Below are positions 1-10,431 of a stretch of 64,000 bases of DNA, piece by piece. Within the stretch, counting starts at the first letter, position 1. Every line of letters starts with the position of its first letter. Source of the DNA: Rhodospirillaceae bacterium (lineage in GTDB: Bacteria; Pseudomonadota; Alphaproteobacteria; Rhodospirillales; JABHCV01); NCBI GenBank assembly GCA_018671895.1, contig JABHGV010000058.1:12759-76758 (forward strand), written 5' to 3'. Under the pieces are notes generated by a model, which was not told the origin of the DNA, searched no databases, and saw nothing but the letters and a program-made list of their open reading frames with translations. A program made the translations under genes and the position numbers.

Positions 1-1
1 G

Positions 2-700
2 CTGGCCGCCGTCGATGATGTTTCGCTGGAATTCAGGCATGGCGAAACCCATGCGGTTATCGGCCCCAATGGTGCGGGGAAAACGTCCCTGATCAATTTG
101 CTGTCGGGCGACCTGACATCCGATAGCGGCAGCATCCATTTCAACGATCTGGACATCACCGGACATACGCCTGAACGCATCGCCGGGCTTGGCATTGCTC
201 GCAGCTATCAGAAAACCAGCATCCTTAGCGACTTCACCTGTTTGAACAATTGCTGGCTTGGGGCCAATGCGCCCCGTTCTGGCACCATGCGATTTCTACG
301 CCCGGCGCGCGCCGACCGGCAGGCTAACGAGGCGGCCGAACAGGCCCTTGAAATGTGCGGGCTGCTGAAAAAGCGCGACTGGTTGGCCAGCGACCTAACC
401 CACGGCGAGGCACACCGGCTCGAAATCGCGATGATCCTGGCCGCCAACCCACGGGTTCTTCTGCTCGACGAACCGCTGGCCGGAATGGGGGCGGACGAGA
501 CGCTACGCATGATCGCGCTGCTAGAACAGCTGGGCCGCGAACACACAATGATCCTGATCGAACACGACATGAACGCTGTTTTCAAACTGGCTGACACCAT
601 CACCGTCATGGTTGATGGCAAGGTTCTGGAAACGGCTGCGCCTGAAGATATCAAGGATAGCGATGCCGTCCGACAAGCCTATTTGGGAGGGGGCGAGTGA
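2..700 (+). CDS. ABC transporter ATP-binding protein, LivG-like (branched-chain amino acid type); 5' end lies outside the window
   Basis: The frame is open from base 2 (LAAVDDVSLEF...). Walker A GPNGAGKT, Walker B LLLDEP and H-loop IEHD are present. The stop overlaps the start of the next ABC ATPase. Confidence 0.85.
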   Translation: MAAVDDVSLEFRHGETHAVIGPNGAGKTSLINLLSGDLTSDSGSIHFNDLDITGHTPERIAGLGIARSYQKTSILSDFTCLNNCWLGANAPRSGTMRFLRPARADRQANEAAEQALEMCGLLKKRDWLASDLTHGEAHRLEIAMILAANPRVLLLDEPLAGMGADETLRMIALLEQLGREHTMILIEHDMNAVFKLADTITVMVDGKVLETAAPEDIKDSDAVRQAYLGGGE

Positions 701-1413
701 TGCTGAAAATCAGCAACTTGCACGCCCGTTATGGGTCCAGCCACATCCTGCACGGCATTGACCTGACCGTCGGCGCCGGGGAATGCGTCGCCCTGCTGGG
801 TCGCAACGGCATGGGCAAGACGACGCTGATCCGTTGCCTGTTCGGATTGCTAAAACCCGACGATGGAACGATCCAGATCCACGACCAGGACATGACGGCG
901 GCACCAGTCCACAAGATTGCCCAGGCCGGTCTGGCGCTGGTGCCTGAAAACCGCGAGATTTTTCCCAACCTGACGGTCGCAGAAAACCTGACCATGGCGG
1001 CACGCACCGGGGCCCTGCCTAAACCGGAAGGACAACAACCGTGGACGTTGGAAAAAACTCTCGCCGTCTTTCCCCGGCTGGCCGAACGCCTGTCGCATAT
1101 GGGCAATCAATTATCAGGCGGCGAGCAACAAATGCTGGCCATCGGTCGCGCGCTAATGACCAACCCGGACCTGCTGGTACTGGACGAGGCAACCGAAGGA
1201 CTGGCGCCCCTGATCCGCAAGGAAATCTGGGCAATGATTTCTGACATTCGCGCCACCGGCATTGCAGTGCTGATTATTGACAAGGAACTGGACCGTCTGC
1301 TCGAGCTATCGGACCGCGCCGTCATCATCGAAAAAGGCCGTGTCGTTTATTCCGGCGACGCCCATGAACTGTCAGGAAAGCCCGACATTCATCACCGCCA
1401 CCTGGGTGTCTAG
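697..1413 (+). CDS. ABC transporter ATP-binding protein, LivF-like
   Basis: Walker A GRNGMGKTT, signature LSGGEQQML and Walker B LLVLDE are present. It is coupled to the preceding ATPase gene. Confidence 0.85.
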   Translation: MMLKISNLHARYGSSHILHGIDLTVGAGECVALLGRNGMGKTTLIRCLFGLLKPDDGTIQIHDQDMTAAPVHKIAQAGLALVPENREIFPNLTVAENLTMAARTGALPKPEGQQPWTLEKTLAVFPRLAERLSHMGNQLSGGEQQMLAIGRALMTNPDLLVLDEATEGLAPLIRKEIWAMISDIRATGIAVLIIDKELDRLLELSDRAVIIEKGRVVYSGDAHELSGKPDIHHRHLGV

Positions 1414-1518
1414 AAGTTCAAATTTTAGGCAAATTATCCAGACATATAGCGGCAAATAAAACATTCCGGTTTTACCCGTGCCCGTGTGACAATAAGCCGA
1501 ATTTAAAGTGGAATCTCT

Positions 1519-2235
1519 ATGCCGATCACACGAACACCACAAGCGCCGACTGATGAAAAACGCCGCCATGACCGACGCGCCCGCACCGACCGGCGCATCC
1601 GGACTGACCGTCGTGCTGGCCGCAGCCAACAACGAGGCCCCGGCATCGGCACCCTGTTTGTCATGTGTGTTCTCGGGATGATGGCGCTGGGGCTGTTTGT
1701 CCTGTTCGAGACCAATGTTGGTCAATCCATCGACTGGAAGAAGATGTTCTTCAGCAAGGATCAAGACACCACCAGTTTTAAAATGGGTGGCGTCAACCTT
1801 GGTATGTCGGGGGATGCGGTCAGGCAACTGCATTCAAACATTAATCTGGAAACCCTTGCGACCGGCGAATCTATCGGCTCGTTTCGTTTTGAAGGGGCCA
1901 ATTACACCTTGTGGTTCGTCAAGGTCGATGGCCGCGACAAGGCCTATCGCATGCGTTCCGACCAGGCCTTTATCGGGCGCAGCGAAATTGAAATTCTCGA
2001 TGGCATCGGCGACAAACACGGCAAGCCCGGCACCAGCGAATGCACCAAGGCCGGAACCGATGCCAGAAAATGTCATTTCCAATGGTGGCCGTCGGGCGGA
2101 ATCGCGCTTAATGTAATCACCACCGAGAAAACAAAACCCGGCAAGAGGCAACGGACGGAAGTCACCATGATCGCCACCGACACGTATCTTGACGGCAAGC
2201 GCATACGCTTAAGAAAGGTACTGAAAACGCAATGA
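1519..2235 (+). CDS. hypothetical membrane-anchored protein with an Arg-rich (T)DRR-repeat N-terminus
   Basis: 238-aa ORF. It has an N-terminal [21 protein letters not shown] stretch followed by one hydrophobic helix ([18 protein letters not shown]). Its stop overlaps the gcdH start. I recognised no family. Confidence 0.55.
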   Translation: MPITRTPQAPTDEKRRHDRRARTDRRIRTDRRAGRSQQRGPGIGTLFVMCVLGMMALGLFVLFETNVGQSIDWKKMFFSKDQDTTSFKMGGVNLGMSGDAVRQLHSNINLETLATGESIGSFRFEGANYTLWFVKVDGRDKAYRMRSDQAFIGRSEIEILDGIGDKHGKPGTSECTKAGTDARKCHFQWWPSGGIALNVITTEKTKPGKRQRTEVTMIATDTYLDGKRIRLRKVLKTQ

Positions 2236-3404
2236 GTACAGCGTCTTTTGATTGGCAGGACCCCTTCCGGCTTGAAGACCAACTGACCGAGGAAGAACGC
2301 CTCGTCCGTGACACCGCTTACGAATACGCCCAGCACAAATTAATGCCGCGCGTCATCGAGGCCAATCGCGATGGGCATTTCGATCGCGAGATCATGCTCG
2401 AAATGGGGGCGCTCGGTTTGCTTGGGCCCACCCTGCCTGAAGAATACGGCTGTGCCGGACTGAACCACGTTTGTTACGGGCTGGCCGGACGCGAGGTCGA
2501 GCGCGTCGACAGCGGCTATCGTTCCGCCATGAGCGTGCAATCGTCGCTGGTGATGTTTCCCATCTACAGCTTCGGCACCGAAGAAGCGCGACAGAAATTC
2601 TTACCCAAACTGGCGACCGGAGAATGGGTTGGCTGTTTCGGGCTGACGGAGCCCGACAGCGGTTCGGACCCGGCGTCCATGAAAACCCGGGCCGAGGTTA
2701 TCGACGGCGGCTACAAACTGACCGGCAGTAAAATGTGGATTACCAACGCCCCCATCGCCGACGTGTTTGTCGTGTGGGCCATGTGCGAAGGCGGAATCCG
2801 CGGCTTCATCCTTGAAAAAGACATGCCCGGTCTCAGCGCGCCCAAGATCAAGGGCAAGATGTCGCTGCGTGCATCGACCACTGGCGAGATCGTCATGGAT
2901 GGTGTCGAGGTGCCCGAAGAAAACGCCTTCCCCGAGGTGCGCGGACTGAAAGGCCCGTTCAGTTGTTTGAACAAGGCCCGCTTCGGCATCGGCTGGGGGG
3001 CGCTGGGTGCGGCAGAATTCTGCTGGCATGCGGCGCGCGACTACACGCTGGAACGCAAACAGTTCGGCAAGCCGCTGGCCGCCAATCAGTTGATCCAGAA
3101 AAAGCTCGCCGACATGCAGACGGAAATCTCCATCGGCCTGCAAGCATGCCTGCGGGTCGGGCGCATGCTTGATGACGGCACCTGCCCGCCGGAACTGATT
3201 TCACTGGTCAAGCGCAACTCGGCCGGCAAGGCGCTGGACATCGCGCGGCAAGCGCGTGACATGCACGGCGGCATGGGCATTACCGAAGATTTCCACGTCA
3301 TGCGACACATGATCAATCTGGAAACCGTCAACACGTATGAAGGCACCCACGACATCCACGCCCTGATCCTGGGCCGCGCCCAAACCGACATTGCGGCTTT
3401 CTAG
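2232..3404 (+). CDS. gcdH: glutaryl-CoA dehydrogenase (acyl-CoA dehydrogenase family)
   Basis: 390 aa with the N-terminal [17 protein letters not shown] typical of GcdH. Acyl-CoA dehydrogenase motifs [11 protein letters not shown] and YEGTHDIH are present. Confidence 0.85.
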   Translation: MSTASFDWQDPFRLEDQLTEEERLVRDTAYEYAQHKLMPRVIEANRDGHFDREIMLEMGALGLLGPTLPEEYGCAGLNHVCYGLAGREVERVDSGYRSAMSVQSSLVMFPIYSFGTEEARQKFLPKLATGEWVGCFGLTEPDSGSDPASMKTRAEVIDGGYKLTGSKMWITNAPIADVFVVWAMCEGGIRGFILEKDMPGLSAPKIKGKMSLRASTTGEIVMDGVEVPEENAFPEVRGLKGPFSCLNKARFGIGWGALGAAEFCWHAARDYTLERKQFGKPLAANQLIQKKLADMQTEISIGLQACLRVGRMLDDGTCPPELISLVKRNSAGKALDIARQARDMHGGMGITEDFHVMRHMINLETVNTYEGTHDIHALILGRAQTDIAAF

Positions 3405-3415
3405 GAGGCGACCCA

Positions 3416-3871
3416 TTGACCGACGCACAGCATGTGAAGGACGAAAACCTGCGGCTGGTTTTGTCTGCCGATCAGGAACAGTGGCTGCAAAAGCGCATCC
3501 GTGAATCGCAAACTTTCATTAAGGCGGCGGCGATCATTCTCGTTTTCAGTGCGGCATGGCTGACGACCAACATGCCCGATACGTTCTCGCTATATCAGGA
3601 AACGGAATGCTTCTCCTTCAGCGACAACTCGCCAGCCAATCAGGAATTGCGTGAACAGTTTCTCGCCGAAGGCCTGAAACCGTGCTCAGAGATTGACACC
3701 ACTGAGGCAAATTCCGGCAAACTGGATATCTGGCGCGTCTTATCGGCACTATCGGCAATCCTAATTCTGGTTTCCAGCCTGACACTGATCCGCCACCTTT
3801 ATTTATTGCAGAAGAACAAAACCTACTTGGTCGATCACCAGGCTTTCCTGGCAAAGTACAATCGGCTATGA
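3416..3871 (+). CDS. hypothetical membrane protein
   Basis: TTG start preceded by a strong AGGAGG Shine-Dalgarno (SD) sequence. There are two hydrophobic segments. No family recognised. Confidence 0.5.
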   Translation: MTDAQHVKDENLRLVLSADQEQWLQKRIRESQTFIKAAAIILVFSAAWLTTNMPDTFSLYQETECFSFSDNSPANQELREQFLAEGLKPCSEIDTTEANSGKLDIWRVLSALSAILILVSSLTLIRHLYLLQKNKTYLVDHQAFLAKYNRL

Positions 3872-3895
3872 AATAGCCTGATAAAAGTTGACGAG

Positions 3896-4660
3896 GTGGA
3901 AAAGACAATGCCCTGGGCGCTTATCATCGTGGTTATGCAGATCTTCCTGATCTCTCAGGAATCCCTTGCCGCGTCCGGGCTTTACGACATGAATCGTTTC
4001 CTCAACGAACCCCATCCTTTCGCCAATCCGGCCCCGGCCCAGGCTCCAGCAACTATTGTCGGCACTCCTGCGGCAACGACCACTCCTCGGGCATTTCACA
4101 CCCCACAACAACCTCAATCAGAGGTCGAGACCAACGATCAGTCCGGGCTGGTTTCTGAAATTCGCGCTGGGGTCTTCCTGCACGACACGGGGCCCTTTTC
4201 CGCTAACGAAGAAAGCGGAGAGGACTACAACATCGAAGTTCTGTTCACGTCGCCTGATATCCTGGAAGCCATATGGTCACCACGTCCGCAACTGGGTATC
4301 AGTTACAGCGGATCAAGCATGACCAGTCAGGCCTATCTCGCCTTGCAGTGGGAAGTTGATTTCTGGGATGACTGGTTCGCCGGTTTCAGTTTCGGTGGTA
4401 TGGTTCACGATGGTCACCTGTATGGTGACAAGGATGGCAAGACTCGCAAGTCCCTTGGCTGCCGTGTATTGTTCCGCGAGGCCATTGATGCTGGCTATCG
4501 TTTCAGCAAGCACCATTCCGTAATGCTGCATTTCGATCACAGCTCGAACGCCAGTTTGTGTGAAAGGGAAACGCCGGATGGCAGCAGAAATGGCCGCCAT
4601 GTCGTTGCCCTGAACGAAGGTCTTGAATCGATTGGCCTGCGTTACGGCTACAGGTTCTAG
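3896..4660 (+). CDS. acyloxyacyl hydrolase / lipid A deacylase (PagL-like) outer-membrane protein
   Basis: It has a signal peptide, a C-terminal HFDHSSNA His-Ser motif, and a terminal aromatic beta-barrel ending ...GLRYGYRF. Confidence 0.5.
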   Translation: MEKTMPWALIIVVMQIFLISQESLAASGLYDMNRFLNEPHPFANPAPAQAPATIVGTPAATTTPRAFHTPQQPQSEVETNDQSGLVSEIRAGVFLHDTGPFSANEESGEDYNIEVLFTSPDILEAIWSPRPQLGISYSGSSMTSQAYLALQWEVDFWDDWFAGFSFGGMVHDGHLYGDKDGKTRKSLGCRVLFREAIDAGYRFSKHHSVMLHFDHSSNASLCERETPDGSRNGRHVVALNEGLESIGLRYGYRF

Positions 4661-5544
4661 AGAACGGTTTCTTCTTCCTCTTCATCCGCCGACAGCGACG
4701 ATACCGGAACCGCCATGGCGCCTGCCGAGATCAATTTGACTCCGGAAAATTTCAGCGCCGCCAGCGCCGCCCCGTTCACCGCATAGCGAACCTGAAAATA
4801 TCGGCTGCTTGGAACCCAGAATCTGATCCCCAGAACGATGCCGCCATAGGTGAAATCATGGATACCGACCTGTATTTTCGGCCCGCCGTTGATGTCATCG
4901 ATGGTGCGTAAGGTATCGCGAAGAATCCCCATCACCTTCTCGGCATCTTCATCTTCACCGATACAGATTTTGGTTTGCACGACGCGGTTCTGTTCCGAAT
5001 TGACGATAATCTTGCCGACGATTTCCTTGTTGGGAATGGTGATCTTTTCACCGTCTTCGCCAATCAGGATCGTGTGGGCAAGGGTGATGTCATCGACGAC
5101 GCCGGATATAACTTTATTCACGGTGATCGTATTGCCGACCGAAAACGGCTGCGTCAGAATAATCGACAACCCCGCCCCGTAATTCGATAGCGGGCCCTGA
5201 ATGGCAATCGTCGCACCAAAGGCACCCGCACCGGCCAGCGCAATCAGCGGGGCCGTTGATATGCCAAAGTTGCCGAGCGTGATAATGACCAGAAAAATAA
5301 TCAGCACCACCTTGATGACGTTGCCGATAAACCGTCCCAGGGTCGGATCAATATTTTTTCCTTCAAGCAGGCCCGAGACCTTGCGCCCTGCCCAGCCGGC
5401 GGCCTTGAGGCCGACGAACAGGAAAAACAGCGCCCCCAATATCTGGAAGCCATAGGTGATGCCAAATTCAATCAGCGTGTCGACCCAGCGTGACACCGTT
5501 TCAACCTGTTGAACGACGACGTCTTCTACCTGTTTGTCCATCAA
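4657..5544 (-). CDS. mechanosensitive ion channel (MscS family)
   Basis: 295 aa with three N-terminal TM helices followed by an MscS beta-domain-like region (ITVNKVISGVVDDITLAHTILIGEDGEKITIPN). Confidence 0.8.
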   Translation of the reverse strand: MMDKQVEDVVVQQVETVSRWVDTLIEFGITYGFQILGALFFLFVGLKAAGWAGRKVSGLLEGKNIDPTLGRFIGNVIKVVLIIFLVIITLGNFGISTAPLIALAGAGAFGATIAIQGPLSNYGAGLSIILTQPFSVGNTITVNKVISGVVDDITLAHTILIGEDGEKITIPNKEIVGKIIVNSEQNRVVQTKICIGEDEDAEKVMGILRDTLRTIDDINGGPKIQVGIHDFTYGGIVLGIRFWVPSSRYFQVRYAVNGAALAALKFSGVKLISAGAMAVPVSSLSADEEEEETVL

Positions 5545-5625
5545 CCCATCCCTTTTAGAAGTCTCGTTTCTTTTGACGATCCATCATGCTATTCGCAACC
5601 TTGCCCAGCGTAAAGTGACTCTGCC

Positions 5626-6312
5626 CTAAACCACAGGCGCGCCAAGTATAACCGCCGCCAGCCCCAGTCCGGCAACGACAAGCGCCATAACGAACCGTCC
5701 AACTGACGACTGCGGCGCGTCATCTTGCTGGGCATCGGCCGGGATTTTCTTGCGACCGGTCCACATGGCCCGCACCAGATTTTCCTGCCCCAATAAACTG
5801 TCGAGCAAAACACCCAACACATGCCCGACAATCAGAAACAATAAAATCGACGTCAGGGCTTCGTGAACCTCCGACAAGGCTTCAGCCATGCCCGAACTGA
5901 CCAGCGCCGCATAGGGTCCATGGTCATCGTGATGGGACGAAAACAGCCCGGTGGCAACGACCAGCCCCAACCCGGCCAGCAGCGCCAAAATCATCCAGCC
6001 GCCCAAGGGGTTGTGCCCAATGTGACGCGGCGGCCTTAACGTCAGTATGCCGCGTATATGACTGCGGATGGCGTCGCGACCGGTGACAAAATCTGAAAAC
6101 CGGGCGTGCCGCCCACCCAGCACACCCCAAACCAGACGAAAAAACACCAACAGCAAAATGCCATAGCCCGACATCAGGTGTGTCCAGAACAGCGCCCCTT
6201 CGGCTTCCGACGTAATCCAGCCAATGGCAACCATTGTCACCAGCGACCAGTGAAAAAGCCTGGTCGGCTTGTCCCAGACCCTGATTTCTTTCTTGTCAGA
6301 CTGACCGTTCAT
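5626..6312 (-). CDS. cytochrome b561 family (b-type cytochrome, Ni/Fe-hydrogenase cytochrome b-like) membrane protein
   Basis: Four TM helices with conserved His residues (RLFHWS..., IGHNPLGG, VHEAL). There is a 4-nt overlap with the upstream gene. Confidence 0.7.
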   Translation of the reverse strand: MNGQSDKKEIRVWDKPTRLFHWSLVTMVAIGWITSEAEGALFWTHLMSGYGILLLVFFRLVWGVLGGRHARFSDFVTGRDAIRSHIRGILTLRPPRHIGHNPLGGWMILALLAGLGLVVATGLFSSHHDDHGPYAALVSSGMAEALSEVHEALTSILLFLIVGHVLGVLLDSLLGQENLVRAMWTGRKKIPADAQQDDAPQSSVGRFVMALVVAGLGLAAVILGAPVV

Positions 6313-7481
6313 TCACTTTCCGCCAATTCCAGCTCCACCAGCCGCGCCCAGTAACTGGCGCCGATGCCAAGGATATCATCGTTAAAATCATAGCCCGGAT
6401 TGTGCAGCATGCACCCTGCCTCTCCGCCGCCGCCATTCCCCAACCAGACATAACACCCCGGCTTCTCGTTCAGCATAAAGGCAAAGTCTTCCGAACCCAT
6501 GGACGGCGTTGGATTGCGGTCGACCTTCTCAGGCCCGACCACATCGATAGCGGCAAGTGCAGCCGCCTCGGTCGCCGCCGTCTCGTTGATGGTCGCCGGA
6601 TATCGCCGCTGATAATCCAGTTCGTGACTGCAATCGTGGCGCTCGCACACCGTCTTGGCGATATCATTGATCGCCGCCTCGACATCGTCCTGAACACCGG
6701 CATCAAAAGTCCGCACCGTTCCCCTGAGAACCATTTGATCGGGAATCACATTCCAGGCATCGCCGCCATGAATTTGGGTGACGGTGACCACTGCCGCCGC
6801 TGACGTCTCCACATCCGTCACGGTCAATTGTTTCAGGACGATGGCGATTTCAGCAGTTACCGGAACCGGGTCTATTCCCAGATGCGGCATTCCCGCGTGC
6901 GCGCCACGGCCCGTCACCGTCAGCTCGAACACATCGAACGCCGCCATCATCGACCCGGCGCTCATGGCCATGGCCCCGGCATCCATTTCCGGCCAGTTGT
7001 GCATACCGAACACCCGGTCAACGGGGAACAAGTCGAACAGGCCGTCTTCGACCATCACCCGGCCGCCGCCTTCGCTTTCTTCCGCTGGTTGGAAAATGAA
7101 ACGCACTGTGCCGGAAAAGTTTCGGGTCTCAGACAGATATCGCGCCGCGCCTAACAGCATCGTCGTGTGACCGTCATGGCCGCAGGCGTGCATCTTGCCG
7201 TGGGTCGTCGACTTATGCGCAAAATCGTTGGCTTCCAGAACCGGCAGCGCGTCCATATCCGCTCGTAGCCCGATGCTCGGGCCGTCGCCGACTGACAAGG
7301 TGCCAACGACGCCGGTTCCGGCCAGCCCCTGATGCACATCAATTCCGAATTCTCGCAATTTATCGGCGACAACCGCCGATGTTCGGGTTTCTTCGAACGC
7401 CGTTTCCGGGTGGCTGTGCAGGTCACGCCGCCATGCGGTCATGTCGTCAACGAAGTCGGCAATGCGATTGATAATGGCCAT
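6309..7481 (-). CDS. M20 family amidohydrolase (hippurate hydrolase / N-acyl-amino acid amidohydrolase-like)
   Basis: Motifs HSHPE, HACGHDGH and FQPAEE are typical of the M20D subfamily. Confidence 0.85.
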   Translation of the reverse strand: MAIINRIADFVDDMTAWRRDLHSHPETAFEETRTSAVVADKLREFGIDVHQGLAGTGVVGTLSVGDGPSIGLRADMDALPVLEANDFAHKSTTHGKMHACGHDGHTTMLLGAARYLSETRNFSGTVRFIFQPAEESEGGGRVMVEDGLFDLFPVDRVFGMHNWPEMDAGAMAMSAGSMMAAFDVFELTVTGRGAHAGMPHLGIDPVPVTAEIAIVLKQLTVTDVETSAAAVVTVTQIHGGDAWNVIPDQMVLRGTVRTFDAGVQDDVEAAINDIAKTVCERHDCSHELDYQRRYPATINETAATEAAALAAIDVVGPEKVDRNPTPSMGSEDFAFMLNEKPGCYVWLGNGGGGEAGCMLHNPGYDFNDDILGIGASYWARLVELELAESE

Positions 7482-7544
7482 GATTGATATCTTATGGGCG
7501 AGGTGGCTTTCGTCATAGGGGCAATCGGATTATAAAGGCCATCC

Positions 7545-9158
7545 ATGAACAACACGACAGATAACAATCCGGCATTCGACGTCCTCGTCATCGGCAGTGG
7601 CGCTGCGGGCCTTAGCCTCGCGCTCGAGATGGCTGACAAAGCAACCGTCGGCGTGATTTCCAAAGGCGAACTGACCGAAGGCAGCACCTATTACGCCCAG
7701 GGTGGAATCGCCGCCGTACTTGATGAAACCGACACGGTCGAATCACACATTCAGGATACGCTGGATTCCGGTGCCGGTCTGTGCGACCCGGATGCCGTGC
7801 GTTTTGTCGTTGAAAACGGTCGCATCGCTATTCAGAAACTGATCGACCTGGGCGTCGATTTCAGCCGCGACCCCGACCCTGAAAAGACCGGTCAGGAATA
7901 TCACCTGACCCGCGAAGGCGGACACAGCCATCGCCGGGTTATCCATGCTGCCGACGCCACCGGGCGTGCCGTCGAAACCACACTGGTCGAAAAAGTCCAG
8001 ACAACGAACAACATCACCCTGCTTGACCATCACATGGCCATCGACCTGATCCGCGACAAGCGTGGTGACAAGCGCTGCATCGGTGCCTATGCGCTGGATA
8101 TTAAAAACGACCGGGTTATCGCCTATGGGGCCAAGGCCGTGGTGCTGGCGACCGGCGGTGCATCGAAAGCCTATCTTTATACATCGAACCCGGACGGTTC
8201 GACCGGTGACGGCATCGCCATGGCATGGCGGGCCGGGGCCAACGTCGCCAATATGGAATTCACCCAGTTCCATCCGACCTGTCTGTTTCACCCGGAAGCA
8301 AAATCATTTCTTGTCACCGAAGCGGTACGCGGCGAAGGCGGCAAGCTGCGCCTTGGCAACACCAAACGGTTCATGGACAAGTTCGATGATCGCGGCGAAC
8401 TGGCACCACGCGACATCGTGGCGCGCGCCATCGACCATGAAATGAAACGCACCGGTGATGAATGCGTCTATCTGGATATCACCGACAAGCCCGTCGACTT
8501 CATCCGTGAACATTTCCCGACTGTTTACAAACGCTGTCTGGATTTCGGCTTTGATATGACCGAACAATCCATTCCGGTCGTCCCGGCCGCCCATTACACA
8601 TGCGGCGGCGTCAAGACCGACCTTGCCGGACGCACCAGCATCGACGGGCTGTATGCCATCGGCGAAGTCGCCTGTACCGGCCTGCACGGGGCCAATCGCA
8701 TCGCCAGCAATTCACTGCTTGAATGTCTGGTTCTGGGCGCGGCTTCGGCAAAAGATATTCTGGAAAATCTGGACACCATGCCTGATGCCCAAGCATTGAC
8801 CCCGTGGGATGAAAGCTGGGTCCGTGATTCTGATGAAGACGTGGTGGTGTCTCATAACTGGGATGAAGTCCGCCGCTTTATGTGGGATTACGTCGGCATC
8901 GTACGTACCGACAAGCGGCTCGAACGCGCGAAACACAGAATTGATCTGCTGCAAACCGAAATCAACGACTACTACGGCAATTTCCGCATTACCGGTGATT
9001 TGCTGGAACTGCGTAACCTTGTCGTAGTCGCCGACCTGATTGTGCGATCCGCCATGTGCCGCAAGGAAAGCCGCGGCCTGCATTACACACTGGATTATCC
9101 AGACACGGATGCTAAACAGGCATCACCGACCATGCTTGATCCGGAAAGAAATTCATGA
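7545..9158 (+). CDS. nadB: L-aspartate oxidase
   Basis: FAD-binding [12 protein letters not shown], then YAQGGIAA and HYTCGGV. 537 aa. Confidence 0.9.
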   Translation: MNNTTDNNPAFDVLVIGSGAAGLSLALEMADKATVGVISKGELTEGSTYYAQGGIAAVLDETDTVESHIQDTLDSGAGLCDPDAVRFVVENGRIAIQKLIDLGVDFSRDPDPEKTGQEYHLTREGGHSHRRVIHAADATGRAVETTLVEKVQTTNNITLLDHHMAIDLIRDKRGDKRCIGAYALDIKNDRVIAYGAKAVVLATGGASKAYLYTSNPDGSTGDGIAMAWRAGANVANMEFTQFHPTCLFHPEAKSFLVTEAVRGEGGKLRLGNTKRFMDKFDDRGELAPRDIVARAIDHEMKRTGDECVYLDITDKPVDFIREHFPTVYKRCLDFGFDMTEQSIPVVPAAHYTCGGVKTDLAGRTSIDGLYAIGEVACTGLHGANRIASNSLLECLVLGAASAKDILENLDTMPDAQALTPWDESWVRDSDEDVVVSHNWDEVRRFMWDYVGIVRTDKRLERAKHRIDLLQTEINDYYGNFRITGDLLELRNLVVVADLIVRSAMCRKESRGLHYTLDYPDTDAKQASPTMLDPERNS

Positions 9159-9766
9159 CGGCACAAAACAAACTGACTGACGAATGCGCGCTCGTCGCCG
9201 GCAGCTCCAGCGGCCTTGGTCTTGCCATCGCCAAAGCACTGGCCGATGAAGGCTGTGATCTGCATATGGCCGGGCGCAACCCCGATCATCTTGACGATGC
9301 CGCCGAAGACATTTCAGACAGCACCTCGGTCGATGTTGAAGCCCATGCAACCGACTTAAGCTCCGCCATCAATGCCGCGGCACTGGCCCTTGAATGTGAC
9401 GATTCAGGAATTCTGATTAATGCCTTTGGCGAGGCCCCGACCGGGAAAATCGTCGACCTGGAAGACGACGATTGGCGTCAGGGCTTCGAGCTGAAGGTCT
9501 TCGCCACCATCAGCCTTTGTCGTGAAATGTTCGAAACCCTTGGCGATACCGGGGCCGGGATCATCATCAATATCGGTTGTCCTGAAGCTACTGGCATATG
9601 CGCCGATACCATCAACGCCACGCTCAGGACATTCTCGGAACGCCTGGATGAAGAAGCCCGCCGTGATGGTGTCAGGGTGCTGTTCCATCAACCATCACCA
9701 GATATGGATGATAAGGAAAACGCAAACGACATCGTTAAAATAATACTTGGACATTTTGCATCGTGA
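9155..9766 (+). CDS. short-chain dehydrogenase-like protein, apparently lacking the YxxxK catalytic motif
   Basis: Rossmann motif [14 protein letters not shown] is present. I found no YxxxK where it is expected (...[11 protein letters not shown]...). ATGA overlap with nadB. Confidence 0.55.
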   Translation: MTAQNKLTDECALVAGSSSGLGLAIAKALADEGCDLHMAGRNPDHLDDAAEDISDSTSVDVEAHATDLSSAINAAALALECDDSGILINAFGEAPTGKIVDLEDDDWRQGFELKVFATISLCREMFETLGDTGAGIIINIGCPEATGICADTINATLRTFSERLDEEARRDGVRVLFHQPSPDMDDKENANDIVKIILGHFAS

Positions 9767-10431
9767 CTGAACAAATCTCTCTGCCCGAAACTGCAGCCTT
9801 TACTAAGGGCGTTTACACTCAGGTCCTGAACCGGCCCGCAGGCGACGACAAACGCCCTGCCCTGTTCCTGGATCGCGACGGTGCCGTCGTTGTCGAGGCC
9901 CACTACCTGCACGAAGTCGACAAGGTAAAGCTGATTGAAGGTGCCGCCGAGACCATTCGCGCCGCCAATGAACTGGGTATCCCTGTTATCTTCGTCACCA
10001 ATCAGGCCGGTGTCGGTTATGGATATTTTGGCTGGGACGCATTTCTTGCCGTACAAGAACGCATCCTCGGCGACCTTGCAGAACTCGGCGCCAGCGTCGA
10101 TGGTGTCTATGCCTGTCCGTTCCATGAAAAGGGCAAACCGCCCTATGACCATCCGGACCACCCAGCCCGCAAACCCAACCCCGGCATGCTGTTAAGCGCG
10201 GCCGACGCCATGAACATCGACTTGGGCCGTTCGTGGATTGTCGGTGATCGGGCCGGTGATATTGGTGCCGGTTTCAACGCCGGGTTGCGCGGCGGCATTC
10301 ACGTGCTGACCGGACACGGCGAACGCGAGGGCGAGCGTGAACAGGCCTTGGACTTCAACGACGAGCGTTTCCAGTCTATCGGCGCGGACTCCATCGCTGG
10401 CGTCCCCGACCTGATTGATTTATTTAATTAA
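9763..10431 (+). CDS. HAD-IIIA phosphatase (D,D-heptose 1,7-bisphosphate phosphatase GmhB / histidinol-phosphatase family)
   Basis: HAD motifs FLDRDG, VTNQAGV, KPNPGM and GDRAGD are present. It overlaps the preceding gene by 4 nt. Confidence 0.7.
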   Translation: MTEQISLPETAAFTKGVYTQVLNRPAGDDKRPALFLDRDGAVVVEAHYLHEVDKVKLIEGAAETIRAANELGIPVIFVTNQAGVGYGYFGWDAFLAVQERILGDLAELGASVDGVYACPFHEKGKPPYDHPDHPARKPNPGMLLSAADAMNIDLGRSWIVGDRAGDIGAGFNAGLRGGIHVLTGHGEREGEREQALDFNDERFQSIGADSIAGVPDLIDLFN

